From the NCBI GenBank assembly GCA_009930415.1, contig RZYG01000001.1, positions 1 through 51,556 of the forward strand: a stretch of 51,556 nt of DNA, in the 5' to 3' direction. The notes below the pieces were generated by a model. The model did not search any database and was not told where the DNA came from. It worked only from the letters and a program-made list of their open reading frames with translations. Each line of letters starts with the position of its first letter. The first letter of the stretch is position 1. A program made the position numbers and the translations under genes. Source of the DNA: Spartobacteria bacterium. GTDB taxonomy: Bacteria > Verrucomicrobiota > Kiritimatiellia > CAIQIC01 > Lenti-01. Of the stretch, positions 17,022-25,906 are shown piece by piece.

Positions 17022-18368
17022 ATGCAATCCCCGACGCTAGGCCAAGCGGATGTTCTGTTTTCCTTGGATTCCGTTCCGCCGCTGCGGGTGGCGCTGGGGG
17101 CGGCGATCCAGCACCTGCTGGCGATTTTCGCGGGGATCGTGACGCCGGCGCTCGTCGTCTGCGGACTGTGCGGGGCGTCGCCGGCGCTGACGCGCCAGGT
17201 GGCGGGCGCGTCGCTGTTCATCTCGGGCGTTTCGACCTTCATCCAGATCCACCGGTTTGGAGCGGTGGGGTCGGGGTTGCTGAGCATCCAAGGCACGAGT
17301 TCCAGTTTCATCGCCGTATTCGCCGGCATGGCCGGAGCCGGGCTGGCGCGCGGCGAGACGCCGGAACAGATGCTGGGACTGATGATGGGGATGGGGTTTG
17401 TCTGCGCTTTGGTGGAAGTGGGCCTGAGCCAGGTGTTGCCTTGGATGCGCCGGGTCATCACGCCGCTGGTGGCGGGGATCGTCATCACGCTGATCGGCCT
17501 GACGCTGATCCAGGTGTCGGTCCGGCAGATCGGCGGCGGCGACGCGGCGCTGGCGGCGGGGACGTTCGGCGCGCCGCGCGATCTCGCGCTGGCGGCGTTC
17601 ACGGCCGCGGTCGTGCTGGCGCTGAACCGCCTGCGCGCGCCGGCCGCCCGGATGGGCGCGTTGATGTTCGGCATGGTGGCCGGGACCGCGGCGGCGGCGC
17701 TGCTCGGCGCGTTGCCGGTTCCGGCGTGGGAAGGCGGCTGGTTCGCGGCGCCGCTCCCGCTGCGGATTCCGCTGGCGTTCCGTTGGGAATGGATCCTGCC
17801 GATGGCGCTGATGTATCTGGCGACCACCGTCGAATCGATCGGCGACATCACCGCCACCAGCATGGTTTCGGGCGAACCGACGGAAGGTAAACTCTACGAA
17901 CGGCGTCTGCGCGGCGGCATTCTGGCCGACGGTTTGAATTCGATGCTGGCAACGCTCTTCGGGTCGTTCCCGACGACGTCGTTTTCCCAGAACAACGGGG
18001 TCATCCAGTTGACGGGCGTGGCGAGCCGGCGGGTGGGGTTGTGGATCGCGCTGTTCCTGGCGGTGCTGGGGGTGGTGCCGGGCGTGGCGTGGGTGTTTGC
18101 GCTGGTGCCGCGGGCCGTGCTGGGCGGGGCCACGCTGGTGATGTTCGGCACCGTGGCGGCGGCGGGTATCCGGCTGATGGCGGCGGGGGGGCTCGGCCGC
18201 AAAAGCCTGCTCGTGGTGGCCGCGAGCCTCGGAGCCGGCCTGGCCGTCACGCTCGAACCGCGCATCTTGGCCCAGTTGCCGGCGGGATTCCGCCAGCTCT
18301 TCGGTTCGGGCATCGTGGCCGGCACCGCCACCGCGATCGCGGCGCAGGCCCTGGTCGGGTCCGATTGA
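17022..18368 (+). CDS. NCS2-family nucleobase (xanthine/uracil-type) permease
   Basis: In frame with ORF 16998..18368. ATG 17022 lies 8 nt after GGAGGA. Polytopic, with NCS2-like segments (AIQHLLAIFAGIVTPALVV, FSQNNGVIQLTGVASRRVG, AVLGGATLVMFG). Confidence 0.85.
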   Translation: MQSPTLGQADVLFSLDSVPPLRVALGAAIQHLLAIFAGIVTPALVVCGLCGASPALTRQVAGASLFISGVSTFIQIHRFGAVGSGLLSIQGTSSSFIAVFAGMAGAGLARGETPEQMLGLMMGMGFVCALVEVGLSQVLPWMRRVITPLVAGIVITLIGLTLIQVSVRQIGGGDAALAAGTFGAPRDLALAAFTAAVVLALNRLRAPAARMGALMFGMVAGTAAAALLGALPVPAWEGGWFAAPLPLRIPLAFRWEWILPMALMYLATTVESIGDITATSMVSGEPTEGKLYERRLRGGILADGLNSMLATLFGSFPTTSFSQNNGVIQLTGVASRRVGLWIALFLAVLGVVPGVAWVFALVPRAVLGGATLVMFGTVAAAGIRLMAAGGLGRKSLLVVAASLGAGLAVTLEPRILAQLPAGFRQLFGSGIVAGTATAIAAQALVGSD

Positions 18369-18578
18369 ACGGCTCGCGCCGCCGGGCGGCCGCATGGCTT
18401 CCTTTGGACGCCATTGGAGGCCCGGGTTCGCCGGGCCGGACCGCCCCATAAATAACGTCCTGCTTCGCGGGCGAACATTTATTGGCGGAATCCGCTAGAC
18501 ACCGCCGCCGGATTTCTCTAATTTGCTTGAAAAATGAAAGCCGGGGATGGAAGAGCCGGACACCCAGGAGGAATCAGC

Positions 18579-19055
18579 ATGTCGTCGATCATGAAAGAAC
18601 TGAAAGCGGAAATTTCCCGGTTGGCCCGGAAAGAAATCAAGAAAGAGATGGCGCCGGTCCAGCGGGTGAGCGCGACGCGGCGTAGCCTGATCGCGGATCT
18701 GCGCCGCCAGATCGGCGCCTTGCAGCGGGACGTGGCCGATCTGCGCCGGGCGCTGGAGCGCGGCGGCGCGGTGGCGTTGCCGGCGCGGAGCGCGGCCGGC
18801 GCGTCCGGCGCGGATGGCCGGAAAGGGTTTTGGATCACGGGCAAAGGCGTCCGCAAGCTGCGCCAGCGCCTGGGCCTGACCCAGACCCGGTTTGCGCAGC
18901 TTGCGAACGTCAGCGGCCAGACCGTCGTCAACTGGGAAGGCACGAAAGGCAAGATTCCCCTGCGCCGGAAAGACACGTCCGCGCGCCTGCAGGAAATCCG
19001 CCTGATGAAAAAGCGCGATCTGAAACAGGCGGCGGAAGCCCCGGCCGCCTCGTAA
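18579..19055 (+). CDS. XRE-family helix-turn-helix protein with N-terminal coiled-coil
   Basis: AGGAGG precedes ATG 18579. The HTH segment RKLRQRLGLTQTRFAQLANVSGQTVVNWE is typical of HTH_XRE. The N-terminal half is heptad-like (KELKAEISRLARKEIKKE). Confidence 0.6.
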   Translation: MSSIMKELKAEISRLARKEIKKEMAPVQRVSATRRSLIADLRRQIGALQRDVADLRRALERGGAVALPARSAAGASGADGRKGFWITGKGVRKLRQRLGLTQTRFAQLANVSGQTVVNWEGTKGKIPLRRKDTSARLQEIRLMKKRDLKQAAEAPAAS

Positions 19056-19076
19056 GCGCCGGATCGTCCGTCCGCG

Positions 19077-19102
19077 GGCCGCGCCATTGGGCGCGGCCTT
19101 TT
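19077..19102. terminator. bidirectional terminator candidate between convergent genes
   Basis: GGCCGCGCC-ATTG-GGCGCGGCC followed by TTTT, located between the XRE gene stop (19055) and the dpaL stop (19144). Confidence 0.55.
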
Positions 19103-19143
19103 GCATGCCCCGGAGGGGCCCGGCGCGCGGGTCCGGGGCGGGG

Positions 19144-20403
19144 TCAATCGGCTTGGCGGCGGAATTCCTGCGGAACCGGATTGCCGCCTTCCCACACGAC
19201 GCGGCGGAAGTGGTCCGGGTCGGTGTTGCCTTCGGTGTTGATGAGCAGGATCTGGGAGTCGGGGCCGAGGCGCAGCTGCCGCTTGAGATCGACCAGACCG
19301 GCGAATTCGGCGACGTAGGTCAGCGCGCCCAGCGTGACCGCGCCCGATTCGCCGGAGACGATGAACGGGTCGCCCGCGACGGGCACGCCGTAGATGCGCA
19401 TGCCCTTGGCGGCGACGAAATCGGGACAGGACAGGAAGACGTCCGCGCAGCGGATCAGGACGTCCCACGCCAGCGGGCTGGGATCGCCGCAAGCCAGGCC
19501 GGCCATGATCGTGTCGAGGGTGCCCGCGACGGAATGGGGCCGGCCGTCGTTGCGCCGGACCGATTCGAAAAGACAGGCGGCCTTGTCCGGCTCGACCACG
19601 ATCATCGTGGGCCGTTGCGCGCCGAACAGCTTGCGGTAATAGCCCGCCACGGAAGCCGCGAGCGCGCCGACGCCGGCCTGCACGAAGACGTGCGTGGGCT
19701 GGCTGATGCCTTGTCCCGCCAGTTGCTCCTGGATCTCCGCCAGCAGCGTGGTGTAGCCCTGCATCACCCAGCAGGGGATGTCTTCGTAGCCCTCCCACGA
19801 CGTGTCGGAAATGATCTGCCAGCCGTGGACCGCGGCGTCGCTCGTGATGGCCCGGACCGCGTCGTCGTAGGTGCCGGAGATGACCTTGACCTCCGCGCCG
19901 TACTCCTGGATCGCCCGGATGCGCGGTTGGGACGTGCGCTCGTGGACGTAGACCACGCAGCGGAAGCCCAGTTCCATGGCCGCCCACGCCACGCCCCGGC
20001 CGTGGTTGCCGTCCGTGGCCGTCGCGAAACAGATGTCGCCGAGCTGGGCGCGCACCTTGGGGGATTTCAGTTCGGACACCGTGAGTTCGCGGTCGCGGAT
20101 GCCCAGGCGCTTGCGGAGAAACTGGTAGAGCGCGAAGGAACCGCCGAGCACCTTGAAGGAGTTCAGGCTGAGGCGTTCCGATTCGTCTTTGACCCAGAGG
20201 CCGCCCACGCCCAGGGTCGCCGCCAAGCCCGACAGGCTTTTCAGCGGACTCATGCGGTAGCCTTCGAGCTGGCGGTGCAATTGCCGGGCGATGCGCGTGA
20301 TGTCCGGCGGCATCAGGCGATCCAGCGCGCGGCAGGTTTCGTCCCGGCTTGCGCGCGGGTTCGCGATCCATTCCAGGGGCAGTTGGGCGGCGTTTGCGTT
20401 CAT
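19144..20403 (-). CDS. dpaL: diaminopropionate ammonia-lyase (PLP-dependent)
   Basis: Start set at ATG 20401-20403 (MNANAAQLPLEW...); the upstream part of ORF 19144..20571 looks non-coding. Motifs LWVKDESERLSLNSFKVLGGSFA (PLP lysine) and ATDGNHGRGVAWAA match the YgeX/DpaL family. Confidence 0.8.
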   Translation of the reverse strand: MNANAAQLPLEWIANPRASRDETCRALDRLMPPDITRIARQLHRQLEGYRMSPLKSLSGLAATLGVGGLWVKDESERLSLNSFKVLGGSFALYQFLRKRLGIRDRELTVSELKSPKVRAQLGDICFATATDGNHGRGVAWAAMELGFRCVVYVHERTSQPRIRAIQEYGAEVKVISGTYDDAVRAITSDAAVHGWQIISDTSWEGYEDIPCWVMQGYTTLLAEIQEQLAGQGISQPTHVFVQAGVGALAASVAGYYRKLFGAQRPTMIVVEPDKAACLFESVRRNDGRPHSVAGTLDTIMAGLACGDPSPLAWDVLIRCADVFLSCPDFVAAKGMRIYGVPVAGDPFIVSGESGAVTLGALTYVAEFAGLVDLKRQLRLGPDSQILLINTEGNTDPDHFRRVVWEGGNPVPQEFRRQAD

Positions 20404-20539
20404 GGTGTTCCTTTGCCTGAAGGCCGTGCCCATCTTCCGACATCGGCCGCGATTTTCAAGCCGAATCCGTTCGGAATCGTCCGGCGCGGACCGTTTGCTT
20501 TTCCGGCGCCGACGTGGTTGATTGGTGGGCGCCTGCGCC

Positions 20540-22213
20540 ATGGACAAGGAAATCCCCATCCCGACCCGCAAAACGCTGCTGGGCGTGCCCTACGACCACT
20601 ATCGGCTGGCCGACGGCGCGGATCTGTACGTGACGGCGTTCGGGCGGCCGTTCCTGGGGCATCTGTGGCCCGCCAACTGGCTGGAACCGGAGTGGTTCAA
20701 GAAAAGCCGCGAAAAACTGGCGGGCACGAGCACGGTGTACCGGGTGCGGACCAAGCCGGTGGCGGGGACCGGCAAGGATCTGGTCGTCAAATGGTGCCGG
20801 GTGGGGGAAGACGTGCCGCTGGACACCTACACCTTGACGAAGTTCGCCGAGGCGGAATTCAACACGCCCTACGAGGAGTTTTCGCTGCTGATGGAAATGC
20901 GCGCGCGGGCGCAGCCGGGGACGATCCGCACCCACAAGCCGCTGGCCATTTTCGTGCCCGCCAAGCGCCTCGAACCGTGGCAGACGGGGCGTTCCCGGTC
21001 GAAGATCGACGTCAAGAAGGCCAAATACCGCGACGTGGAGCTGGACATCGACCGGCAGTACATCCTCATCTACGAATGGATCAAGGGCGTGGCCAGCACC
21101 GATCCCGCGGCGGCCGCCGCGGCGCGGGCGGCCGGGTTCGCGGATGCGCAGGCCTTCGCCCAGGCCATGCTGCAGCGGTCGATCGCCGACATGGGACAAG
21201 CGGGCTTCCGCGTGCTGGACGTGAAGCCGCAACACGCGATCGTCCGCCCGCATCGCCGGGGCGGCCTGGTGCCGGATCGCCGCGGGCGGCCGGCCTATGC
21301 CCTGGTGGATTTCGAGCTGCTGGCGCGCACGCCGGAATACGAGGAACGCTCCGAGCGGGAGCGCCGGCAGACGTATCTCGAACGGCAGCGGGATCGGTTC
21401 CGTCCGCCGGAACGGTGCGATCATTTTCCCGCGCATCTTCATCCCGCGCGGCTGCTCGGCGTGGATTACGTCCACGGCGATTGCGACAGCACGCGCGGCA
21501 AGCTGTGGGTGGTCGGCCGCGACCCGCAGCTGTTCGACTATTTCCTGCCCGAACGCTGGCGGCGCACGCCGCGCCTCAGCCTGTCCGCCAGCGCCCAAGT
21601 CTACCACACGAAATCCAAGGACGGCATCCAGCTCGTCTGGAAAGTGTCGCCGGTCGGCGATCCCACCAGTGCGGCGGACGGTTCCGGCGCGGTCGCCGCC
21701 CACGGCTACAACAGCCCCTTCGAGGAATTCGCGTTCGCGTTCGAGCTGGCCGCGGCGGGCGTCCCGACCACCTATCCCCGGGCCATCTACATGCTGGGCC
21801 ACCAGTCGACCTTGCCGCCGGAAGCCCGCGACCCGAGCCGCTACGCGAGCCATCGCGAGCTCCGCATGCCCGACGGAACCCCCGTGCTGCAACCGGAGCG
21901 CAACTACATCACCGTCTGGGGCTACTGGAACGGCACGGACGAGGTGGTCGCCCGCGAAGAGCGCCTGCGCGGCCATTGCCGCGGCGTGAACGGCCTCCAG
22001 GCGCTGGCCGAAGGACGCATCGACGCCCGCGAACTGGCCGCCGCGCTGGACAAAACGGCCCGGTTGCTCGCCGGCGCCGGCGTTGCCAGCACCGGCCTGC
22101 TCGCCACCCACTTCCTGCTGACGCTTTCGCCGGAAGACGATCTGTTGCGCGATGTCGACGGCACCGTGGCCGTGCGGCTGTGCAATTTCGAGCTGCTCCG
22201 CCGGAGCGGGTGA
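20540..22213 (+). CDS. tandem protein-kinase-like (Kdo/WaaP/RIO-like fold) protein: putative active domain + degenerate second domain
   Basis: First half: DLVVKWCRVGE (beta3 Lys), NTPYEEFSLLMEM (alphaC Glu), ILIYEWIKG (hinge), FRVLDVKPQHAIV (catalytic loop), ALVDFELL (DFG-like). Second half repeats the pattern (IQLVWKV, NSPFEEFAFAFEL, ITVWGYWNG, ATHFLLT, RLCNFELL) but lacks both Asp residues. Function unverified. Confidence 0.5.
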   Translation: MDKEIPIPTRKTLLGVPYDHYRLADGADLYVTAFGRPFLGHLWPANWLEPEWFKKSREKLAGTSTVYRVRTKPVAGTGKDLVVKWCRVGEDVPLDTYTLTKFAEAEFNTPYEEFSLLMEMRARAQPGTIRTHKPLAIFVPAKRLEPWQTGRSRSKIDVKKAKYRDVELDIDRQYILIYEWIKGVASTDPAAAAAARAAGFADAQAFAQAMLQRSIADMGQAGFRVLDVKPQHAIVRPHRRGGLVPDRRGRPAYALVDFELLARTPEYEERSERERRQTYLERQRDRFRPPERCDHFPAHLHPARLLGVDYVHGDCDSTRGKLWVVGRDPQLFDYFLPERWRRTPRLSLSASAQVYHTKSKDGIQLVWKVSPVGDPTSAADGSGAVAAHGYNSPFEEFAFAFELAAAGVPTTYPRAIYMLGHQSTLPPEARDPSRYASHRELRMPDGTPVLQPERNYITVWGYWNGTDEVVAREERLRGHCRGVNGLQALAEGRIDARELAAALDKTARLLAGAGVASTGLLATHFLLTLSPEDDLLRDVDGTVAVRLCNFELLRRSG

Positions 22214-22233
22214 TCCGCGCGGCGCCGCGCGGA

Positions 22234-23085
22234 TCACCAGTGCGGCTGGTTGCCGATTTCCAGACCCGTGACGTCGTCCGCGTCCATGATGGCGATGAAC
22301 GCGCCGGCGTCGATTTCGTTGACGGCCCGTTTCAGCGCCGAGACGTCCCGGCGCAGGACGACCGAGTACAGCAAGTGGCGTTCCTCGCCTCCGAACCCGC
22401 CGTGGCCCTTGAGCAGGGTGACCCCGAGCTGGTGCTTCCGGGTAAGGGTTTCGGCCACCGCCTGCCACTGCTCGGACATGATCAGCGCGGTGCGGCGCCG
22501 GGCCAGGCCGTGGAACACCTGGTTCGCGAACTGGGAACTGACGAAGACGAACACGAGCGTGTAGAGCACCTTTTCCAGCGGGAACAACAGGGCCGAGGCG
22601 ATCAGCACGGCCGCGTTGACGAGCATCGCTCCTGTCCCGACCTCGATGCCGAACAGCTTGTTCAAAACCACGGAGATGATTTCCGACCCCCCGCTGGAAC
22701 CGAACGAGCGCAGCAGGACGGCCACCCCGATGCCGGACAGGGCCCCGCCGATCACCGCGCACAGCATCGGATCGGCGATCGCCAAATCCACGTCGATGGC
22801 CGCCAGCGCGAAGGAATAGATCGCCATGCCCAGCAGCGAATACGCGACGAACCGGCGGCCGACGAAATAGCCGCCGAGCAGGAACACCGGGACGTTGAGA
22901 ACGAAATACGTCGGCCCGATGGACCACTCCGGCCGCACGTAGCTGATGAGCAGGGCCATGCCGGTCAGCCCGCGCGACAGGAACCCGTGCGGCATCACGA
23001 AGGCCTTCACCGCCAAGGCGCACAACGTGCTGCCCGTCGCCAGCAGCATGATCTGCTTGAGGAATCCCGCCGCTTTCTTGACCAT
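22234..23085 (-). CDS. YitT-family membrane protein (DUF2179 C-terminal domain)
   Basis: Polytopic N-terminal region (LLATGSTLCALAVKAFVMPHGFLSRGLTGMALL) plus a C-terminal DUF2179-like segment (GVTLLKGHGGFGGEERHLLYSVV...AFIAIMDADDVTG). Confidence 0.8.
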   Translation of the reverse strand: MVKKAAGFLKQIMLLATGSTLCALAVKAFVMPHGFLSRGLTGMALLISYVRPEWSIGPTYFVLNVPVFLLGGYFVGRRFVAYSLLGMAIYSFALAAIDVDLAIADPMLCAVIGGALSGIGVAVLLRSFGSSGGSEIISVVLNKLFGIEVGTGAMLVNAAVLIASALLFPLEKVLYTLVFVFVSSQFANQVFHGLARRRTALIMSEQWQAVAETLTRKHQLGVTLLKGHGGFGGEERHLLYSVVLRRDVSALKRAVNEIDAGAFIAIMDADDVTGLEIGNQPHW

Positions 23086-23179
23086 CGCGCACCTCCTGGT
23101 TCTGTTGGCCGGTCGTCGGCACCCGCTTCGAGGCGGCCACCATGCCGGATCGGAGGCGTGCGGTCAACCCGCCCGGACA

Positions 23180-23206
23180 TGGTCGGGAGGGGACTCGAAC
23201 CCCTAC
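23180..23206. repeat. att site: displaced 27-nt copy of the tRNA-Leu 3' end (distal junction of integrated element)
   Basis: tggtcgggaggggactcgaacccctac is identical to 34456-34482, and the preceding 'a' also matches. The sequence after 23206 does not continue a tRNA. Confidence 0.85.
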
Positions 23207-23255
23207 TCCTTTCCGGGCCTAAAAACACGCAAAAACCCTATATAATTGACCGCGC

Positions 23256-23283
23256 TTGACAACCTAAACAATGGCAGTATGAT
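23256..23283 (+). promoter_or_regulatory. sigma70-like promoter candidate for the integrase
   Basis: TTGACA (23256-23261), a 16-nt spacer, then TATGAT (23278-23283), about 30 nt upstream of the integrase ATG (23312). Confidence 0.4.
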
Positions 23284-23311
23284 TAGCAGGTAGAAAGGTA
23301 GGGCTGTCAAA

Positions 23312-24472
23312 ATGGGAAGTTTGCACAGGAGGCCTAACACGAAATTCTGGTGGGCGGCATGGTATGGCCCGGACGGGCGGCAGATTTACCGCTCCACGAA
23401 ATGCACGGATCGGAACGATGCCGCGCAAGTGCTGGCGACATGGGAAAAGGTGTCGAGCCGGGCGAGGGCCGGGGTGCTGACGGAAGAACAGGTGCGCCGG
23501 GTGGCGGCGGATATGTTCTTCCGGGCGACGGGCGACACGGTGAAGCGGGCCACCGTCCAAGAGTTTCTGGAAGGGTGGGCCAAGCGGAAGGAACTGGAAG
23601 TGGCCGATGCTTCCGCTGGCGAGTATCGCCGGATTGCCGAGGGCTTCATTGAACATCTGAGGGGGAGGGCGGAGAAGGACATATCCCAAGTGACCCCGGC
23701 ACAGGTGACGGCGTGGCGCGACTTGACGGCGGGGAGGGTGTCCGCTGGGACGTGCAACAAGTATTTGAAGATCCTCCGGGGGGCATGGAACCAAGCGTTG
23801 CGGGAGGGCGTGGCGGCATCCAATCCGTTTGCGGCGGTGCGGACGTTGAAGGCGCGTCAATCGTTTAAGACAACCCGCCGGGCCTTCACGCTGGATGAAA
23901 TGCGGCGGATTCTGAAAGTAGCGGACGGGGAATGGCTGGGCATCATTCTTTTCGGCCTATACACGGGCCAGAGGCTATCCGACATAACGGGCCTTGCTTG
24001 GAACCAGATTGACCCGGCGGAAGGCGTGGTGCGCTTTGTGACCGCCAAGACGGGGGCGGTGCTGGATATTCCTCTCGCCGCGCCCGTGCTGGACTGGATC
24101 GGCAAGGCCCGCGTGCCGAAATCCGCCCATGCCCCGGTGTTCCCCACGGCGGAGGCTTCCACCGTTTCCCAAAACTCCAAAGCCTTTGCAAAGATTCTTG
24201 TGGCGGCAGGATTGCGGAAGGAACTCCCGAACCACAAAGGCACAGGCAGGGGGCGGAGTGCCAAGCGGGAGGCATCGGAAGTGACGTTCCATTGCCTCCG
24301 CCACACGGCCACAAGCCTATTGAAAAACGCCGGGGTGTCGGACGTGGTGGCGATGGAAATCATCGGCCACAAGACGGAAGCTATCAGCCGGGCCTATACG
24401 CATATTGAACAGAAAACCATTAAGCGGGCGATTGATGCGTTGCCCGACGTGACGAAGGCGGTGCGGAAGTGA
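23312..24472 (+). CDS. int: tyrosine recombinase / phage-type integrase
   Basis: N-terminal SAM-like/arm region. Catalytic signature readable: GLYTGQRLSDITGLAW (Arg I), FHCLRHTATSLL (HxxR), IGHKTEAISRAYTH (His...Tyr). Confidence 0.9.
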   Translation: MGSLHRRPNTKFWWAAWYGPDGRQIYRSTKCTDRNDAAQVLATWEKVSSRARAGVLTEEQVRRVAADMFFRATGDTVKRATVQEFLEGWAKRKELEVADASAGEYRRIAEGFIEHLRGRAEKDISQVTPAQVTAWRDLTAGRVSAGTCNKYLKILRGAWNQALREGVAASNPFAAVRTLKARQSFKTTRRAFTLDEMRRILKVADGEWLGIILFGLYTGQRLSDITGLAWNQIDPAEGVVRFVTAKTGAVLDIPLAAPVLDWIGKARVPKSAHAPVFPTAEASTVSQNSKAFAKILVAAGLRKELPNHKGTGRGRSAKREASEVTFHCLRHTATSLLKNAGVSDVVAMEIIGHKTEAISRAYTHIEQKTIKRAIDALPDVTKAVRK

Positions 24473-25290
24473 AATCCAATTCAAAATATATGCGTCCGTT
24501 TTCGTTGAACTTCACGGAGGATATGACGGTTGAAGAATTGGATGCCTCCAACCCAGTCGAAAATCTAAAAGCGTACGAAAAAAGCGGTTTAAAAAAAATC
24601 CATGATGCCAGTCGTGAGTTGCTCAATTCGGGGCATTCAAAGCTGGGGGCGGTAGCGTTTGGCGCGATAGATGCCGAACAGGTGTTGACGAACACCTTTG
24701 AACAGATTGACGAAATACTTTTGCAGGAAATGCAGGTTGGAAACCCCAAGACGGCGCAAGACCTTACTCCAAAACAAACGGCAATCGCCATGATTGATGG
24801 CCCGTTTCAAGACCTATGCGGCGATGCCGAAAGAAAAATCTTTGACGAAATAAGTGTTTCAACCGCGTTGGGGCTGGGCGCGGCATTGATGCGTTTGGCG
24901 ATTGAAAATCCGGGGAGCGAACTTGCCGCCAAACTGGACAAATTGCTTGGCATTGATTTCTCCAAAGCGGCGGAACTCGGGATGGAGCGGGTTATCAAAA
25001 AGCGGGACAAGCGGAAGCAGGACAAGCGCAAATCCGAAACGGATGCCAAACGGAAATCCGCCGCAATCGCCACGATGAAAAAACTTGTTGGTGAGCTTGG
25101 GCAAGTGAAGGCTTCCGAAGAAGTAGAACGCCGGATGAACAAACGGCACTATGAAAGCAATGGCGCGATTCAAAAAATCTTGCCGGTCTCTCCGGGGACA
25201 ATAAAACGCTGGTACAACGCCAAGTTTGAAAAAGAGAGGATTGCGCGAAAAGCGGCGGCGGAGGCGCGGCTAGGCCGTCGCCCATCTTAA
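24469..25290 (+). CDS. hypothetical protein, AT-rich cargo gene (acidic N-terminal half, Lys/Arg-rich C-terminal half with HTH-like tail)
   Basis: The GTG start overlaps the integrase stop (GTGA). Composition is markedly AT-richer than any other gene here: 24541-24600 is 23/60 G+C by hand count. The C-terminal ILPVSPGTIKRWYNAKF resembles a short HTH. No family recognised. Confidence 0.55.
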   Translation: MKSNSKYMRPFSLNFTEDMTVEELDASNPVENLKAYEKSGLKKIHDASRELLNSGHSKLGAVAFGAIDAEQVLTNTFEQIDEILLQEMQVGNPKTAQDLTPKQTAIAMIDGPFQDLCGDAERKIFDEISVSTALGLGAALMRLAIENPGSELAAKLDKLLGIDFSKAAELGMERVIKKRDKRKQDKRKSETDAKRKSAAIATMKKLVGELGQVKASEEVERRMNKRHYESNGAIQKILPVSPGTIKRWYNAKFEKERIARKAAAEARLGRRPS

Positions 25291-25483
25291 CCCGCCGCCG
25301 GAGCTGTGCGGGACTTCCGATTTTTCCGCACAAAGTTTCCCCGTCATGCGCTTGCGTGGCGGGGCTTTTCTTTTTGTGCGCGGGGCATCAATGGGACGCA
25401 CAACGGGGATGGGTTTGATTAGACGCGTCAACGAAGTATTAGGCGGCGCAGGGCTGGCCAGCGTTGACGCGGAGAATCGAAAC

Positions 25484-25711
25484 ATGAATGCAAATCAGAT
25501 CGTGAACGGGGCCGGGAACGAGGTTTGGGATCGGCTACCCAACAAGGGGTATTACTTGGGAATGTCCCGCCCCTATGTCTACCAGCTAATCAATCGGGGC
25601 GACGTGAAAACCGCCCTTATCAAATCGCCGGGGCGCGTGCGCGGCATCCGCCTTGTGTGGCGGCCTAGCGTGCTGGCGTTCATTGAAAAGAACGTCGTGA
25701 AGGTGGGCTAG
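25484..25711 (+). CDS. excisionase/AlpA-type helix-turn-helix DNA-binding protein
   Basis: ATG 25484 lies 7 nt after GGAGAA. YYLGMSRPYVYQLINRGDVKTALIKSPGRVRGIRLVWRPSVLAFIE matches the HTH_17/excisionase pattern. The upstream part of ORF 25346 is probably not translated. Confidence 0.65.
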   Translation: MNANQIVNGAGNEVWDRLPNKGYYLGMSRPYVYQLINRGDVKTALIKSPGRVRGIRLVWRPSVLAFIEKNVVKVG

Positions 25712-25714
25712 ACC

Positions 25715-25906
25715 ATGAAGCACACCAACGAAAGGGCCGCGCCCTCTCCCAAGAACGCGGCCAGCAACACCAACACGCGGAACCATACCACGGCGACGGG
25801 CCGGGGCGCAAGGGCGCGGAAGCATCTAACGCGGGAACAGCGGGGCCAATTTTGGCAGACCGTGGGCGACCTGATTGAACAGGCGGCGGGGAGGGCGGCG
25901 AAATGA
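25715..25906 (+). CDS. small hypothetical protein
   Basis: 63 aa. Starts 4 nt after the preceding stop and overlaps the next start (ATGA), so it is probably translated. No homology recognised. Confidence 0.4.
   Translation: MKHTNERAAPSPKNAASNTNTRNHTTATGRGARARKHLTREQRGQFWQTVGDLIEQAAGRAAK

Noticed and set aside
23180-23255. A second tRNA gene next to yitT.
   Set aside because: Only the 27-nt 3' segment matches tRNA-Leu. The upstream sequence cannot form D or anticodon arms. It is interpreted as the displaced att repeat.
19087-23259. ORF 19087..23259(+) 1390 aa, plus 18518..20443(-) and 20456..23167(-), spanning several real genes.
   Set aside because: They run through genes on both strands in non-coding frames with Arg/Gly/Ala/Pro-rich translations. 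The real genes here are dpaL(-), the kinase-like gene(+) and yitT(-).
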